A stretch of DNA of 64,000 nucleotides from Geosiphon pyriformis uo1 (lineage: Eukaryota > Fungi > Glomeromycota), in NCBI GenBank assembly GCA_016748015.1, contig JAAOMT010000352.1, positions 496,001 through 560,000 of the forward strand, written 5' to 3'. The notes beneath the pieces are model-generated. The model was not told the origin of the DNA. It saw only the letters and a list, made by a program, of their open reading frames with translations, and did not search any database. Within the stretch, counting starts at the first letter, position 1. Each line of letters begins with the position of its first letter. The position numbers and the translations under genes are program-made. Below, one piece after another: positions 1 to 14,573 of the stretch.

Positions 1-706
1 ACTATAATAGTATCTTTATTAAATTTTTATCTTGTTTTTACAAATTAAAAACTTTGGTCTTTAAGTTGGTTAAAACATTTTGCTTAGTTTCAAGTAACAC
101 ATTAAATTTATTTTTAAAACTTTGGCTTTTTTTTGATGTTAACAATATTTTTAAAGTAATAATACTTTTTAATTCAAATACTTATTTTAATATTATTTAG
201 TCTGCTTTATTAAAGACTAAAAAGTCATATCAAGTTTCAAAAATAACAGAATTTTAGCATGTTAAAAAAATACATATTAAGTCTTATGTTAATAAAAAAA
301 ATAAAAAATTTTGAGATAAACAAAAACCATATAATTTAAAATATTTTAGATAATTTTTTTTACAAAGTAGTATTAAATTATTTAATAATTAATAAAAAAT
401 TGGTATTAAAGCTTAAATTAATTAGTCTAAAATAAATGTAATTATAGAGAGTTAAACAAAAAAGCATAAAATATTGAATGTAGTTTTTAAAATATAACAT
501 CAAAAATATTTTTTGCTGGTTTATACAACAAATAAAACTTTTTTGGTATTATGTATTTTATTAGTTTTAGTAAATTGTTAAATTTAATTTTGGATCTGCT
601 TAATAGAAAAGCAGCTGGTTTTTTTGGTATTCAAATAAATTATGAAAATATTACAACAAAATAATATTGAATATGTTTTTAAATTTTATAAACTTTTATT
701 TAATAC
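1..706 (+). mobile_element. Degenerate LINE ORF2 fragment (pre-RT linker), 5' half of a LINE split by an LTR nest
   Basis: Decayed translation matches the LINE at 59350-60100 (VVLDHLVV..ELVL, LPDGKAAGLSG..NELWKH; DNA aaagcagctggt at ~608). Continues at 20892. Confidence 0.75.
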
Positions 707-834
707 TATTACCAATAATTATTTCAGCATTGAAATAAATAACAAACTCATAACTTAATGCTTAATAACTAGTTATATTGTTAATAATTTCTGAAGATTT
801 TCGGATTTAAAAGTTTTAGTTAAGTTTTTTATAT
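707..834 (-). repeat. Solo LTR family A, left part (right part 20148-20891)
   Basis: tattaccaataat..ttgaaataaataacaaac matches the LTR-A termini at 2009, 8819 and 11868. Interrupted by element B with ATAT TSD. Confidence 0.75.
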
Positions 835-1488
835 TGTTATGAGTTAGAGTAACAAGATAATAAATAACAAAAGAAAACAAAATTGTATAATAATAGAGTG
901 GATCAAAAAAATTCAACTTCAAAGAGTGAATTGAATAAGTAAGAATTTAATGTGTAAGATCAGTTTCATAAAATATCTCAATTACTATATTTTTCAAAAG
1001 ATAACCAGAGAATCTGAAAGTAGAAAGATAGTTTGTACTATCAACAAATAATAACACACTGGTATAATTTTATGTCTTATGTTAGCACTCTTAGAATTCA
1101 ATATTAGATATAAAATATGCTTTTCAGTTATGTTTTATTCAATAATTTTCAAATGCTACAATTATATGAGTTAAAAAAAAGATATGTAAATGCCAAAAAA
1201 TAATTTTTATCCTAAGATATTTAAATACTTAAAAGTAGAAAAAAAGAAATTAGTAATAAAAAAAGAATTAAAATAAAGTTGTTATTTTATTTTTTTGATT
1301 TGTATATGCTTTTCTATAACTAAAAAACTCATTGCTTATATAGCTATTAAAAATAATTAATAATCAAATCAATAATCAGATTATTAATCAAATCAATGAT
1401 TACTATCTAAAAATAGGATGGCCAATTATGTAATATTAGTAGCTAATATATATAATAATTAATAAAAACTATGAGTTTTAACTATAAT
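835..1488 (-). repeat. 3' LTR, family B
   Basis: tgttatgag...aactataata; homologous to 19450-20147, 37223-37899 (rc) and 42956-43720. Confidence 0.85.
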
Positions 1489-1494
1489 ATTATT

Positions 1495-2008
1495 TTTTCC
1501 AAAGAAATTAAGTTTTGGCAAAATCAAGTTATTTATAGAGTAGTCTAATAAAAAATTTTGTCTAACTTAAAGCTAATTAGTTTGTTAAAGTTTTTTGTAG
1601 ATAAGATATATAATATTTGAAGTAAGCTAAGTTTTGTATTTAAAAGATTAAATCTTTGTATAAGAGTTTTGGCTTTTTTAGCAATGGTTAAAACTCTTAA
1701 GATATCTAATCATATAATGTTCAGAATTTTCACTTGTATCTCTGAAGTTGTTTTCTTTATAAGCTTTATGTTTTCTATAATTTTACTAAGACAACTATAG
1801 AACTTTATTTGTCTTTTATATAACAGATTTTTGTCTATGGGCAAAAATTTTTTAATTTTTTTTCCAAGTATATTAAAAGATAATAGTATGTTTGCTGTTA
1901 TGCTTTTAAACATATATTTTTTTATTTTATTGCCAATTTTTTTTTTTCTGATAGTGATTTTCTTTGGTCTAATAACAATATATATTCTATTATTATCAGT
2001 TATAGTGA
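1495..2008 (-). pseudogene. Family B extra 3' ORF (post-integrase), C-terminal part
   Basis: ORF 1710..1913 is homologous to ORF 43780..44076 (IDKNLSYERQ..LGKIIEDMKL). Confidence 0.7.
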
Positions 2009-2825
2009 TATTATAAATAATTATTTAGGGTGTTGAAACAAATAACAAATCTGTAACTTGGTGCTCAATAGTTGGTAATATTGGTAATTTCTGAAGGTTT
2101 TAGAGTTTAAAAATTTTGGTTGAATTCTTTGTATAATAAACAGAGATTTAATTAATAGTTTTTTTCATAAATTTTTTTCTTCAGCATAGTGGCTGGTTTA
2201 TTTTGGCAGTTGTGTTCTTCTGATAAGCTATTTTTAAATTTCTACTCTTATTTCTAGGTTTTTATCAGATTATTTTTGATGTCAAAATATTCAGTGCTTA
2301 ATTTCTTTAATTAATTAGTAAATAACAAAGAAACCAAACAAAAAAATAAAAATAAAAAATTAGTATCTTATTAATAGTTGTAATTAAGAGTTATTGGTTT
2401 AGTGTAGTTAAATATTGGATTTTATCAATATAAAGTGTTGATAGTATAGAACTGAATAATATTTTTAATTAAATGACAATAACATGAATTGGATAATAAG
2501 TAGATGTTTTATTAATATTAATGTGTTTCTATTTCAAGTTATAGAAAACTATCTTTTAAAGAAAAGATATTAAGATTTTAAACTTTGAATACTTTTCTAC
2601 TTTTAATATTCTTATTATATATATATAATTTGTGTTATATAAGATTCTTGGAAATTCTGTAATTTCTAAAGAAAATCATAGAATTCTGCAATTTCTTAAA
2701 AAGAATTTTGGAATTTTGAAATTCTGCAATTCTTCAAAAAAATTTTGAAATTCTCCATTTTACTATGTCTATTTCTGATTGGCTATTTTATTTATTATTA
2801 TAATTCCTAATTTTTATAAGTAACA
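2009..2825 (-). repeat. 3' LTR, family A
   Basis: Ends ataagtaaca; adjacent PPT (rc aaaaaaaggaataa, 2826-2840). Confidence 0.85.
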
Positions 2826-5800
2826 TTATTCCTTTTTTTTAATATTGAGTTTTATTAAGATCTCTTAAATCTCTTATATATATTTTTTAGATTAGCTCTA
2901 TTATTTCTTTCTTAAAAATTACTTGGACAATATTGGTCTGTAATTTTTCAAATTGAGTATTAGTAATTTTTTCCAATTGGTTGATGGTTACTGTGTTTAT
3001 TATTGGATATAATAATATTTCCAGACAGTCTTAAAACTCTGTTTATAATTAGTATATTGCTTATATTTGTATAAATAGATTGTTTTTTCTAATAAATTGT
3101 TTGAATTGTTGTAATATTATTATATTGAATATCTGTTTTGTTTTATTTGTATATAAGTTTTAAATATTGAGCTTTTGTCCCAAGTAATAATAACAAAAGT
3201 TCTTTGAAAATTGTTGTGTCCACTATTTTCAATTTATTTTGGTTAATTTTTTATATAATACTATTGTCTTTGGTGTTTTTATAGATATTTTTACTTTTGC
3301 TATTATATCTTTTACTATATTTTTATATCTTCTGTATATCTTATGTTGTACTTCATATTAAAGTTTCTATTTTGTTTCTGTATATTGAATAATTTGTTAA
3401 TTAATTGTGATTTTTATGTTTAGTTTTTAATATTTAATTAGTTAAAATAGTTGTTGTGTTAATAAATAAATATTATCAGTAATTTTTATCTTTTTATTTG
3501 TTTTTGTTATATGTATTGGGTCTTTATATACTGTTTTTGTTAATTATTTTGATGTGTTTGTGTCAATAATTATGATTGGTTCTAGATTTTATGGAATTTT
3601 ATCTGGTTGGACTAGTATTTATTGTACTTCTAGTTGTAAAATATTATTGATAGATAATAATGCTATGTTGTAATATGGTTTCAGTCAATTTTTATATGCT
3701 GTTTTAGCTAAAATTTTGTTGTTTTATCTTAATTTATAAGCTCTATTTTCTAAAAAATTTTCAATATAAAATGGTTTATTCTATTTAGAATTAAATTTTT
3801 ATTCTATTGTTTTTTTATTTTGGTATAATATAAAAATACTTTGTCTCCAATCTTAAATTCGACTGGTTTTTCTGATAATTGGTTATTATGTCATTTTTTT
3901 TGTTTTGCTTGTGACTTTTAGATGTTATTAATTGCTTTTTGTCTTTTGTTTTCTAAAGTTTTTATTAAATTGTATGTTCTTTTTAACAATGTTTTTTGAA
4001 AATTGGCTTTTATTATTGATTTCATTGGATATGTATTGATATCTATCTTAACTGGTAATATTGCTATTCTATAAACAAGTTTAAATAGTGTTGCTTGTAT
4101 GGTATCTTGCTTTATTGTTTAATAGACAAATAATACTGATAATATAAACAAATTTTATTTGTTCTGGTTTTTTTGGCTGATCTTGGCTATTGTTTTACAC
4201 AATGTTCTATTGAATCTTTCAACTAAACCATTTGTTTATAGATAATATAATAATAATAATAGTCTCTTAATTCCAAATCTTTGACTTAATTCTGTTAATG
4301 TTTTGTTCACAAAATAAGTTCTTTAATCTAATAACAATTCTTTTGGACATCTATGTTAACAAATCAAATCTTGGTAAATAAATTCAGCTATAGATTTTGT
4401 ATCCATTTTTTGAATTGCTTTTGTTTTTGGCCATTTTGTAAGATAGTTTATTATTATTATTATTATATATTGATTAACTTTATTGGTTATTGTTAATGGT
4501 CTGACTAAGTTAATTTTAATTTAATCAAATAGTTGTTCCATTTTAATTGGTTTTAGTGGTTTATTGGATCTTGTTTTTCTTTTCTCTAATAAATATCACA
4601 ATTTTGAATGTATTGAATAATGTCTAAATACATAAGTGGCCAATAATATTTTTTTCTGGTTCTTTTTATGATTGCTTTTTTATGAAAATGTTTTGCTGTT
4701 AGATCTGAATACATGTTAAATAGTATTGTTTCTTTCTTTAGTTCTGTAATTACTTTGAATAACTGGTTTGAATTTTTTTGTTTTTCTGATATAGTATATT
4801 TTGGTAAATAATAAAGTATTTTGATTGTTGTTTTATGTTGCTTTGTTTCTTTTAAGATAATTTCTTCTTAAATTATTGAATATTAATATAATATTGGAGT
4901 TGTTAATATTTTTGTGTATTTATTTTTTATTATATTTTTGGATTAAAATGTTTAGATTTGTTTTATTTGTAATAAACTGTTAGCATTTCTGTTTTTTTTT
5001 TCTTTTTTATAATGTACAGTATAATTAAATAGTAATAGTTTTATTTTTTATCTTACATGGTAATTATTTCTAAATTCTTGTTTCTGAATTAATGTCAATT
5101 TCTTATGATTAGTATACACATCAAACTTTTAATTCAAGTATTTTTTCTATTTAATAACAGTCTAATAGATAGCTAAATGTTCTAATACTGGAGTTTTATA
5201 ATTTTTTTTGGCTGGACTCAAACTTTTGTTGGCATATACTACTAGATGTTCTTGTTTATTAGCTTCTTTTTATGACAATATGGTTTTTAATACTTGACTG
5301 AATACATTAGTGGTGATAATAAATGGCTTGCTATAATCTGGATAAATCAATCAATACTGAAGCTTGAATAAGCTTTTTTCTTAAGATGTCAAAAACTTTT
5401 TGTTAGATTTTAATCCATTTATATTTAACATTTTTTGCTTGGAGCTAATGAAGTAATTGAACCAGTTTGAAAAAGTTTTGGATAAAACAGCAATAATATT
5501 CAGCAAATTCCAAAAATGCTCTTAATTTTGTAAGATTTGTTATTACTGGAAAGTTTTTAACTATCTTAATCTTATCTGGATTTGTTTTGATGTCATTTTT
5601 GTTTATAACATGTCCCAAAAACTTGAATTCAGTTTTGCCAAAGAAGCATTTAATTGCATTCAATTTCAATTCAGCTCTTTTTAATTTTTTGAATACTTGT
5701 TAGAAATGATTAAGATAATTATCAAATGTTTCTAAGATCACATTAGTGTTATCTAAGTAGATTATTACTAATTTTCATAATAATCTAATGTAGACAATTT

Positions 5801-6749
5801 TCATAAATTGTTAAAAAGTAGCTGAAATATTAGTTAAGCCAAAAAGCATAATGTCAAATTCAAAATTCTTTTTTCTGGTTGTAAATACTGTTTTTTTCTT
5901 GTTAGCTAAATTCATGGCTATTTGTTAGTAACCATTATCTAAGTCTAATATTGAAAACCATTTCTTTTTTTTGAAAGCATTGAATAATTTTTGAATCTAT
6001 AAAGTTAAATAACTGTCTACATAAATAATACTGTTGAGTTTTCTGTAATTTATACAAAAGTGAATTTTTCTATTTTTTTTTAAACAAATATTATTAGTAA
6101 TAACTATAGACTCATTAATAATTAAATTAACCTATTGTTCAAAATTTTGTTGATTTCTTGTTAGATAATTTTATAACTGGCTGGTAGTATTTTGTATGCT
6201 CTTTGTTTAATTAATATTGTATTTTCAGTTTTGCCAAATTTATTTTCACTGGCAAAGATGTCAATAAAGTTGTTGAGTTGCATTTTAAGTTGCATCTGTT
6301 AAAGTGTGTTTAAATTTTTCAAGTTTATTTGTTTTAATTATTCTGGTTACAACAAATAGCATTCTTTTTATTTGTATATAATTTGTAATATAATATCCAC
6401 ATATTGACACAGTTGTAGAAAATCTGAAATAGTGGTGGGTGTTTGATTCTCAACTTCAGTATTTAAGTATCTGATAATAGATTCACTTAGTATTTCTATA
6501 AAGTCTTTAGTTGTGTTATATATTGGAATCTTAATGTGTCTATAATTCTTGGCTAGTATATAGAAATTGGTAATGCCAATCTCTCCTGATTTACAAATGT
6601 TTGTTTTAGCTTCAAAAATCTGGGGTTGATCTTTTATTTTCCTTTCTATAGCTAATATAAACTAGTCATATGGTAAAATAGAAATTGATTAATGGATGAA
6701 TATAATTTTTCTCTTTTTTTTTTCACCATATTGATTGGTATTTCTATTC

Positions 6750-7200
6750 TACTTATAGATACAAATCTTTTTATCTCTTTAACTGTAATTCTTAATTTTT
6801 TTCTTGTTCTTACTGATACTAATTAAGTTATTTTAATTAAAGACAGAAATATTGTTTGTGTTATCTTTTTGTTTGGTTTAATAATATATTTTTTTTCTAA
6901 GTTATTTTGTAATATTGCAATAATATTTCCTACATATTTTATACTAATTATTTTTTCTCTAATATTAATCCTTTTTTTTACTAAACTAGATTTAAAGGCT
7001 AATTGAATCATTGTTATTGCTAGAATTTTCAGTACTATTTTCAAATCTATACTAATGTGTAAATGAGATTCTAATCAGATAACAGTTTTTCTGGATATCT
7101 AAAATTAAATTTTGCATCAGTATTATGTGCATGTTTTAGTTTAATACCTTTATCATTATTGCTAAACCATTTAAGTTTCTGTTTTATTGAAAGATCTGAG
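6750..7200 (-). pseudogene. dut: Retrotransposon dUTPase (family A), degenerate
   Basis: AHNTDAKFNFRYP (motif 1), KSSLVKKRINIREKII..KYVGNIIAILQNN (motifs 2-3), KKITQTIFL (motif 4). Confidence 0.75.
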
Positions 7201-8818
7201 AGCACAATATATTGTTTGGAATTATAATTGGAGTTTGAATTGTTATTGTTGTTATTGCCATTGTAGATAAAGTTGGAACTATTATTGTTGTTATTGTCAG
7301 AATCTGAATTGTGATTGACATTCAATTCTGATTTTGATGTGCATTTACTAATTGGTTTTTCTTATTTGAGAATTAAATAGATTATGTGTAATAATGAATT
7401 ATAAATAAAGTCACAATTATTATAATATTTGAAGTCATTGAGAATTAGACAATATTTACAAAGTTTAGTATTTAGTTGTTCTAAACACTGTTCTTGCTCT
7501 TTTTTAATAAATGCTAGATTTTAGTAGTATTTATAGAATTGTTTTGAGTTACTCAAAATGCTGATAAATGTATCTAAGTTAAGAATAAAAATAGTCTCAA
7601 CAGATTCTAGTGGATTATTTTTAATTGTGAGTATTTTATTGGATAAAGTGCCTTCAACTTTAGCACTTATTATTTACCAGATTTTATATTTATTGTGTGA
7701 GTAGTCATTCAAACATGAAAGTACTTATTTCTATGTAGTGTTAAAAAGTGTTTTTTGGCTTATTTAGTTACCTATTAAGATTGTTTATTGGCATAATACA
7801 TTACATATTTTTTCTTGACCAGAAATATTATTTTACATTTCTTTATTAAGCAATATTTTTTTACAAACAAGACATAATTCATTGTTCTATTTTTTTTGTT
7901 ATTTTGAATATCTGAAACATTTTAGGTGGCACAGTTTGCAGTAGTAATAAGTATGTGTTCAGTAGTTTTCTTTAGACAAAATTCAAGTTTTTATAAAGAA
8001 AAGTTTTTTATTATAGTTAATACATCTAAGTAAAATATATAGTAGTTCTTTTTTTGTGTTTATAGAGTATGATTTATTTTATCCACTGGTTATTTTTTCA
8101 GTAGTTGTGGTAACTTCTGGTTTGTCCTCTTTTTTTCTTTTTTTTTTATTGTTCTAAGAGAGTATTAGCAATAATTTTTTGTGTTTATCTTCAGTCTATA
8201 ATATTTGATAAGTTTTTTAGATAGGTTTTTTTTTTCTTTCAATTTAATTAATAATTGTTTTTTTAAAGAAACTTTAAAATGTCTACAAATAACAGGTACT
8301 CAATTATGTTAACTATTAAATATTAACTGAAGTTTTTGAGTATTTCAGTCGAGTATAGCATTGGTTTTGAACAGCCAGTTATTATTAATAAAAGCTTGAT
8401 ACTGCATGACTTTCATCACAAAAACTTTGATTAATACTATAATGTTATTAATTTCAAATAAAAAGTTATTAATTTTGTTAATGTAAGTTTTAATAGCTTT
8501 ATTAGTGATAATAATTTTAATACTAGCAGCATGATCAACTTGGCAACTTAATTGGTTTATGAGTTGTTATGTAATAATGCTGTTTACTAATCTATTATAA
8601 AGAATTAGCTTAATAAATTGATCATTAACTTTAGCATTAATATATATAGTAGTAATTGGTTTAGCATTAAAAATGACTCTACTAAATAGAAATAGTATTA
8701 TTGATTTCTCTAATTTGAAAGAGAATATAGCTACAAATAACTTGTTTTCAATAATAGTTGTTGGTAGAATATTGTTAATAAATGGTGTTTTTGGATTGGT
8801 TTTCAAGTTGTTGAATAG

Positions 8819-9716
8819 TGTTACAAGTGATTATTTGAGGTGTTGATACAAATAACAAACTCATAACTTAGTACTTAATAAGTAATCTGTTGAGTGATAT
8901 CTGAAGGTTTTGGTTGAGTTTTTTGTATAATGAACAAAGATTTAATGTTAATATTTTGTTATAATGGTTTTTTAGTTTTCTTCTCAACTCTCAAGTTGGT
9001 ATGCATTGTTGTCCATAGCCTTTCAAAATGATTATTCCATCAATTTTTTTTCAGCTTGATGGCCAGTTTCCTGGTAAGTTATTCTTTAATTTTAAGTGTC
9101 TATTTTTATTCTTAGGTTTTTTACCAGTTTTTTTGACATTAATAACTTCGTATATTAATTCTTAATTAATTAGTAAACAACAAAAAAATGAAATAAAAGA
9201 AAATAAAATAAAGAAAATAAAAGAAATTAGTATTCTGTCAATAACTGTGATTAAAAGTTATTGGTTCAATATGGTTAAGTATTAGATTTTATTAAGATGA
9301 AGTGTTGATAAATAAAAGAGTAATTAAATTTTCAAAAAAATAACAATAACATGGATTGAATGATAATAAGTATGTTTTATTCAATATTTTGTTAATAAAT
9401 TCACTTTGGTTAATAGTAACTATTCTTGAAGTAAAAGTTAATAAATAGAGAAGAAAAAGAATTGTTCTAAATTAATAAAACTCTATTGAATTTTCCAGAA
9501 ATTGCTTTTTTTGTTTTTAATACTTTTGCTATATATATATAATTTATGTTATATGAGATTCCTGAAATTCTGCAATTTTTTCAAAGAAATTCTGAAATTC
9601 TGAGATTCTGAAATCCTGCAATTCTTTCAGAAGAATACTGGAATTTCTTTATTATTATGTTTACTTCTGGTTGGCTATTTTTCTAACTATAATACTCCTA
9701 ATTTTTATGAATAACA
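8819..9716 (-). repeat. Solo LTR (family A variant) inserted in the gag-PR linker of element A
   Basis: tgttacaagtg...gaataaca; flanks atag/atga (imperfect 4-bp TSD); the uninterrupted host sequence is seen in the paralog at ~31120-31140. Confidence 0.8.
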
Positions 9717-11852
9717 ATGAGTTGTTTTTTGTTATAGCCAAAAGACTTAAATAGTTTTGGAAATTTGGGTTTTGAGTGTATTTACTTTTCAAATTTTACT
9801 GGTGTGATTTTGATAGCTGGTTTAAAAAATTGAGAATTAGTTGATATATTACTATTGCCAATTTTTAATTCTGCTAAATATAAATAATTCTCAGTCTAAA
9901 ATTTTTAATTGGTGTTAACACAGTAATTTGGAATGGCATTTAAATTTGTTAGGATTGATAAATTATTTGTGGCTGTGGTTGATAGATTACTAAAGCTAAA
10001 GTTTAATAAACAGAAGATATGTATATTGGTTATTACATCATTGGTGCATAATAGAATTGGTATTGTTTCTAATTCTGAATATAATTTGGAGTTTAGAATT
10101 AACAATTAGTGTTTTTAGATTGATTTCTCAAATGTTGGTTATTTAATCTTAAGTAACAGTTTAATTTTAAGTGTTTTTATTTACTACAATAGTGGCAAAT
10201 ATGCATCTCTTGCTGTTACAATTAATTAGCTGATAAGAATAATAAATGTAATTGATTTTGGAAATAATTGGAGTTTCCTAGATTATTACAATATTGAAAA
10301 AATTAATAGATTGTTTAATTGTTAGTTAAGGATTTTTTGATTTTCTGATTAATAGAGTTATTGAATTGTTTTAACTTAAAATTTAATTCAGATGATTTGT
10401 TTATTACTAGATTTATGGCTTGGACATAGTTGGCTTTGAATTTGGCTGATTTAAAATTTTTGATATGTATAACTGTGTCTTAGAAAGTATTTAAGTATAT
10501 GAAACATATTCATTATAACAAGCTACTGTATAATTCACAAATAAACTGGTTCAAAATCTGTGCTGTTGTAAAGTAATCAGCTTGAATAGCCTGAATTTGG
10601 TGCAAATTTCTGTGGAAGTGTTTCAAGTAAGTAGTAACTGCTTCTGTATTATTCTGTTTAATAATAATAAAACTAGTTAATAGGTAATTAATGCTGTTGT
10701 AATTGCTGAAATATTGTAAAAATATGGTTTTAAATGTGTTAAAAATTTGTGACTTGTTGACTAAATTTTAATATTATGAGTTGGCAATATTCTATAAGAA
10801 GTAGAGAATAGCTTAAAGAGCTCTAATATTGTCTTAGTTATTGGCTATAATTGCTTTGGCTATATTATTTAACTATGCTTTGGCATTGTTCTTTTTACTA
10901 ATAAATTTTTTGAGTTTGGTAATAAGTGTATATGTCATTGGTACAAGTTGTGGTTGTTATTAAGATTGTTATTAAGATTGTTATTAAGACTGTTGTTGTA
11001 ATACAACTGGTAAATTAATTATAATTACTAGAAATAAGTTTTGTTGAATAATAGAAGTAAAGTTTGAATTGTGTGAGTTTTTTGAAATTTGTATTTTCAG
11101 GTTATTTGAGATTAGATTTTGATTATTATTTTCCTGATTGCTGTCTTCTTTTTTTTTCCAATTTGGTGTCTTCCCAATAACTAGTAGATCCAAAATTTGG
11201 TTGAAGTAGTGGTGATCAAAGTTCTAATAATGTTGTTGATTGCAATTTAAATTTTTTAAAGTAATTAATATAAATCTCTAATAATTTGGCTTTTTTTTGA
11301 TTATTTTAGAAGAACTTAGAATAATAGTGTTTTTATAGTTAATGGTAATGCAAATTTTAATGATATGTGTATAGTACTTTTTAATGTATAATAATATAAT
11401 GAGTAAATGAGTAAAATAACTCTTGGTTTTTTCCAAATAGATAGTTGTATTTTTTTTAATGTTTCTGTTAGTGTTTGTAATTTTTTTTTGTTTGCAAAAG
11501 TAATAAAAAATTTCTGTTAGATATATTTTTTAATTTTTCTGTTTATTTTTGTAATTAGTGATATAATTAAATGATTTAGTAAAAGTGTGATGCTTTAGAA
11601 TTATTTACTATAGAAATTGTTGAGAGCGGCTTCTGAATTTTTTTGGTCTTCTAAGTAGGATTTAATTTTTTTATTAATGTAGAATTAAAAGCTGATTTTG
11701 CTGGCCAATAGTTACTTGTTAGTCCAAAGTGAATTTGGTAATATTGAAATAAGGATTTCACAAATTCTAAATAATTTTTTTCTATAATTTTTTGGTCTGT
11801 TACTTTTCCAAATAGTTGATATTGGTGTTGGTTTTTTGTTAAATTATATCTT

Positions 11853-11867
11853 ATAAGAAGCACCAAA
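11853..11867 (-). promoter_or_regulatory. Primer-binding site, family A
   Basis: tttggtgcttctta immediately 3' of the 5' LTR. Confidence 0.7.
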
Positions 11868-12717
11868 TATTACAAGTAATTATTTGGAATGTTAAAACAA
11901 ATAACAAATTTATAACTTAGTACTCAATAGCTGGTAATATTGGTAATTTCTAAAGATTTTGAAGTTAAAAAATTTTGGTTAAGTTCTTTGTATAATAAAC
12001 AGAGATTTAATTGATGATTTCTTCTATGAATTTTTTTCTTCAGCATGTTAACTGGTTTATTTTAACAGTTGTGCTTTTTTGGTAAGCTATTCTTAAATTT
12101 TTATTCTTATTTTCAGGTTTTTTACCAGGCTATTTTTGACATTAAAATACTTAATACTTAATTCCTTTAATCAATTAGTAAACAATAAAGAAACAAAATA
12201 AATAAAAATAAAAAAAAATAAATATAAAAATAAAAAATTAGTATATCATTAATAGCCATGATTAAAAGCTATTAGTCTAAAGTAGTTAAGTATTAAATTT
12301 TATTAACATAAAGTGTTAATAGAATAAAAGTGAGTAATATTCTTAATCAAGTAATGATAACATAGATTGGATAATAAGTAGATGTTTTATTAATATTGAT
12401 ATATTTCTATTTCAAGTTATAGAAAACTATTTTTTAAAAAAAGAGTATTGAAATTCTAAACTTTATCAAATTCTAAATACTTTTCTGCTACTAATACTTT
12501 CATTATATATATATATATAATTTGTGTTATATGAGATTTCTAAGAATTCTGCAATTTTTAAAAAGAATCCTAGAATTCTACAATTCCTTAAAAAAAATTT
12601 TGGAATTTTGAAATCCTGTAATTTCCCAAGAGAATCTTGGAATTTTTTATTTTATTATTTTCATTTCTGATTGGCTATTTTATTTATTATTATAATTTTT
12701 GATTTTTATAAATATCA
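11868..12717 (-). repeat. 5' LTR, family A
   Basis: Colinear with 2009-2825. Confidence 0.85.
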
Positions 12718-14573
12718 GTGATTTGTTATCCAATGATCAAAATAGCATTTGGATAATTTTTGATCTAATATTTAAAAAAGCATTTTAAATGTTTTAATTT
12801 AGAAAATAATTGTTTATGTCAATTGAAAATACCTCTGTTTTGAGAATAATATATTTATTTATATTTGATTTTTGTTGATTCTTTGGACTGGTATTACTAT
12901 AATAAATAACTAATTAGGTCATTTGTAATATTTCTTAAGTCTTATATCATAAACAGAATGAATATTAAAAATTGTTTTATATTAATCTTGTAGAATATAT
13001 AAATCATTGTTTAAAACTTTGTTGACTATAAAGAGTTTTTTCTATTGGCTAAAAAATTTATTACTATATACATTGTTTTTGTCTGAGTAATATTTTAAAA
13101 CCAAGTTATTAATACTTAAGAAAAGTGTTTTATAGATTTTTTTCTTTTTAAGCTTTTTTTGAAACTGTTTTATCTTTTTAAAAGCAATTATTTATGCTTC
13201 TACTAATGATATTAAGTGTTTTTTGCAAAATGTTTTTATAATTTTTTATTGTTATTTTCTCAAAAAATATTGTTTTAATATTAATTTTTATTGGTAGAAT
13301 TGCTATTTGTTTATAAAACAGATAAAAAAGTTCATAACTTGTTATGTTATAATTCATAGTTTTATAAGCAAACAAAACTAAAAGCAGTACTTTGTTCTAT
13401 AAGTTTGTTTCTTTACTAGTTTTGGCTAGAGTTTTATATAGTGTTTTATTAAAACATTTCACTAAGTTATTTGTTTGAAGATAATAAAAAGAAAAGAGTT
13501 TATAATATATTTCTATTTTTCTGTAAAGTTTTTTAACCAGTGTACTAAAAAAAGCTTTTTCTCTATTAAATAAAAGTTTTTTGGGCATTTGTGATAACAA
13601 ATTATATTTTTGTAAATAAAATTGGCTATTAAAACTGCTGTTTAGTCTGAAATAACTCTTGCTTTTACTTACTTTGTAAGATAGTCAGTAGTTGTAATAA
13701 TATATCTGTTGTTATTAGAAGTTATTATTAAAGATTTAACAATATTTATACCAATTCTGTTAAATAATTGACTAAAAGAGATTAAATAGATATCTTTCTT
13801 GTAATTTGTTTTTTTTTTCTTTGACAGATATCACAAGTTTTAATGTATTTAGCAATATTTTTTTCTAAGATAGGCCAATAATAATAAGCTAAAATTTTCT
13901 AAATTGTTTTTGTTTTTTCAAAGTGTCTAGTTAATGGATTAGTGTATATATTGTAAATTACAATTTTTTTTCTTCAAATTTAATAACTTTTTAGAAGTGG
14001 TTAGAATCTTTTTTATTTTTTTTATAAAATTGGTTCTAATAGATCAAATAGAAATTTAATTGTTTATGTAAATTTTTTTTGCTGTTAAGTATAGTCTGGT
14101 AGATATTGTTCTTTATCCAAAAATTTTATTAGTACAGAATAATTGTTCAAGTCTATTATCATGCTTGTTTAAGAGAAAGTTACTATTATTTAAATTGGTT
14201 TGGTTTGTAAAAGTTGTACTATTACTGGGTGGTAAGTCTGAAAAAAACATTAATATTTTGATAATTTGCTTCTTTATGGTGTTGAATATCATAGTTAAAT
14301 TCATCTAAGTAAAATATTCAGTGAATTATCTATTTGTATTCCAGTTTTTTTTTGTTTTGCAGTCAAACCAAGGCTTAATAATCTGTTATTATTAGAAATT
14401 TTACACTAAAAAGATATTTATTTCAGTAATTAGTAGCTCAAACTACTGCTAAGCATTCCTGTTCAGTAACTAAATAGTTCTGTTTTGTTGGTAAGAGTGT
14501 TCTACTAACATATACTATAGCATATTTCTTGTCTTTTTTATCTTTTTGTAAAAAAACAGCACTAAGTTCATAA

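Larger units (their letters stand above)
2009..12717 (-). mobile_element. Ty3/Gypsy family A, full-length, degenerate, dUTPase-bearing
   Basis: LTRs 2009-2825 and 11868-12717; perfect GTGA TSD (2005-2008, 12718-12721); PBS tttggtgcttc; gag ~9720-11860, PR ~8300-8800, Cys-rich ~7420-8050, dUTPase ~6750-7200, RT ~5450-6300 (YLDN at ~5750), RH ~5050-5400, IN ~3550-4900. Confidence 0.88.

Noticed and set aside
7220-7300. (AAC/AAT)n Asn-rich microsatellite (also ~34280-34345)
   Set aside because: Low-complexity linker within family A Pol, likely D>N-mutated; not a separate feature.
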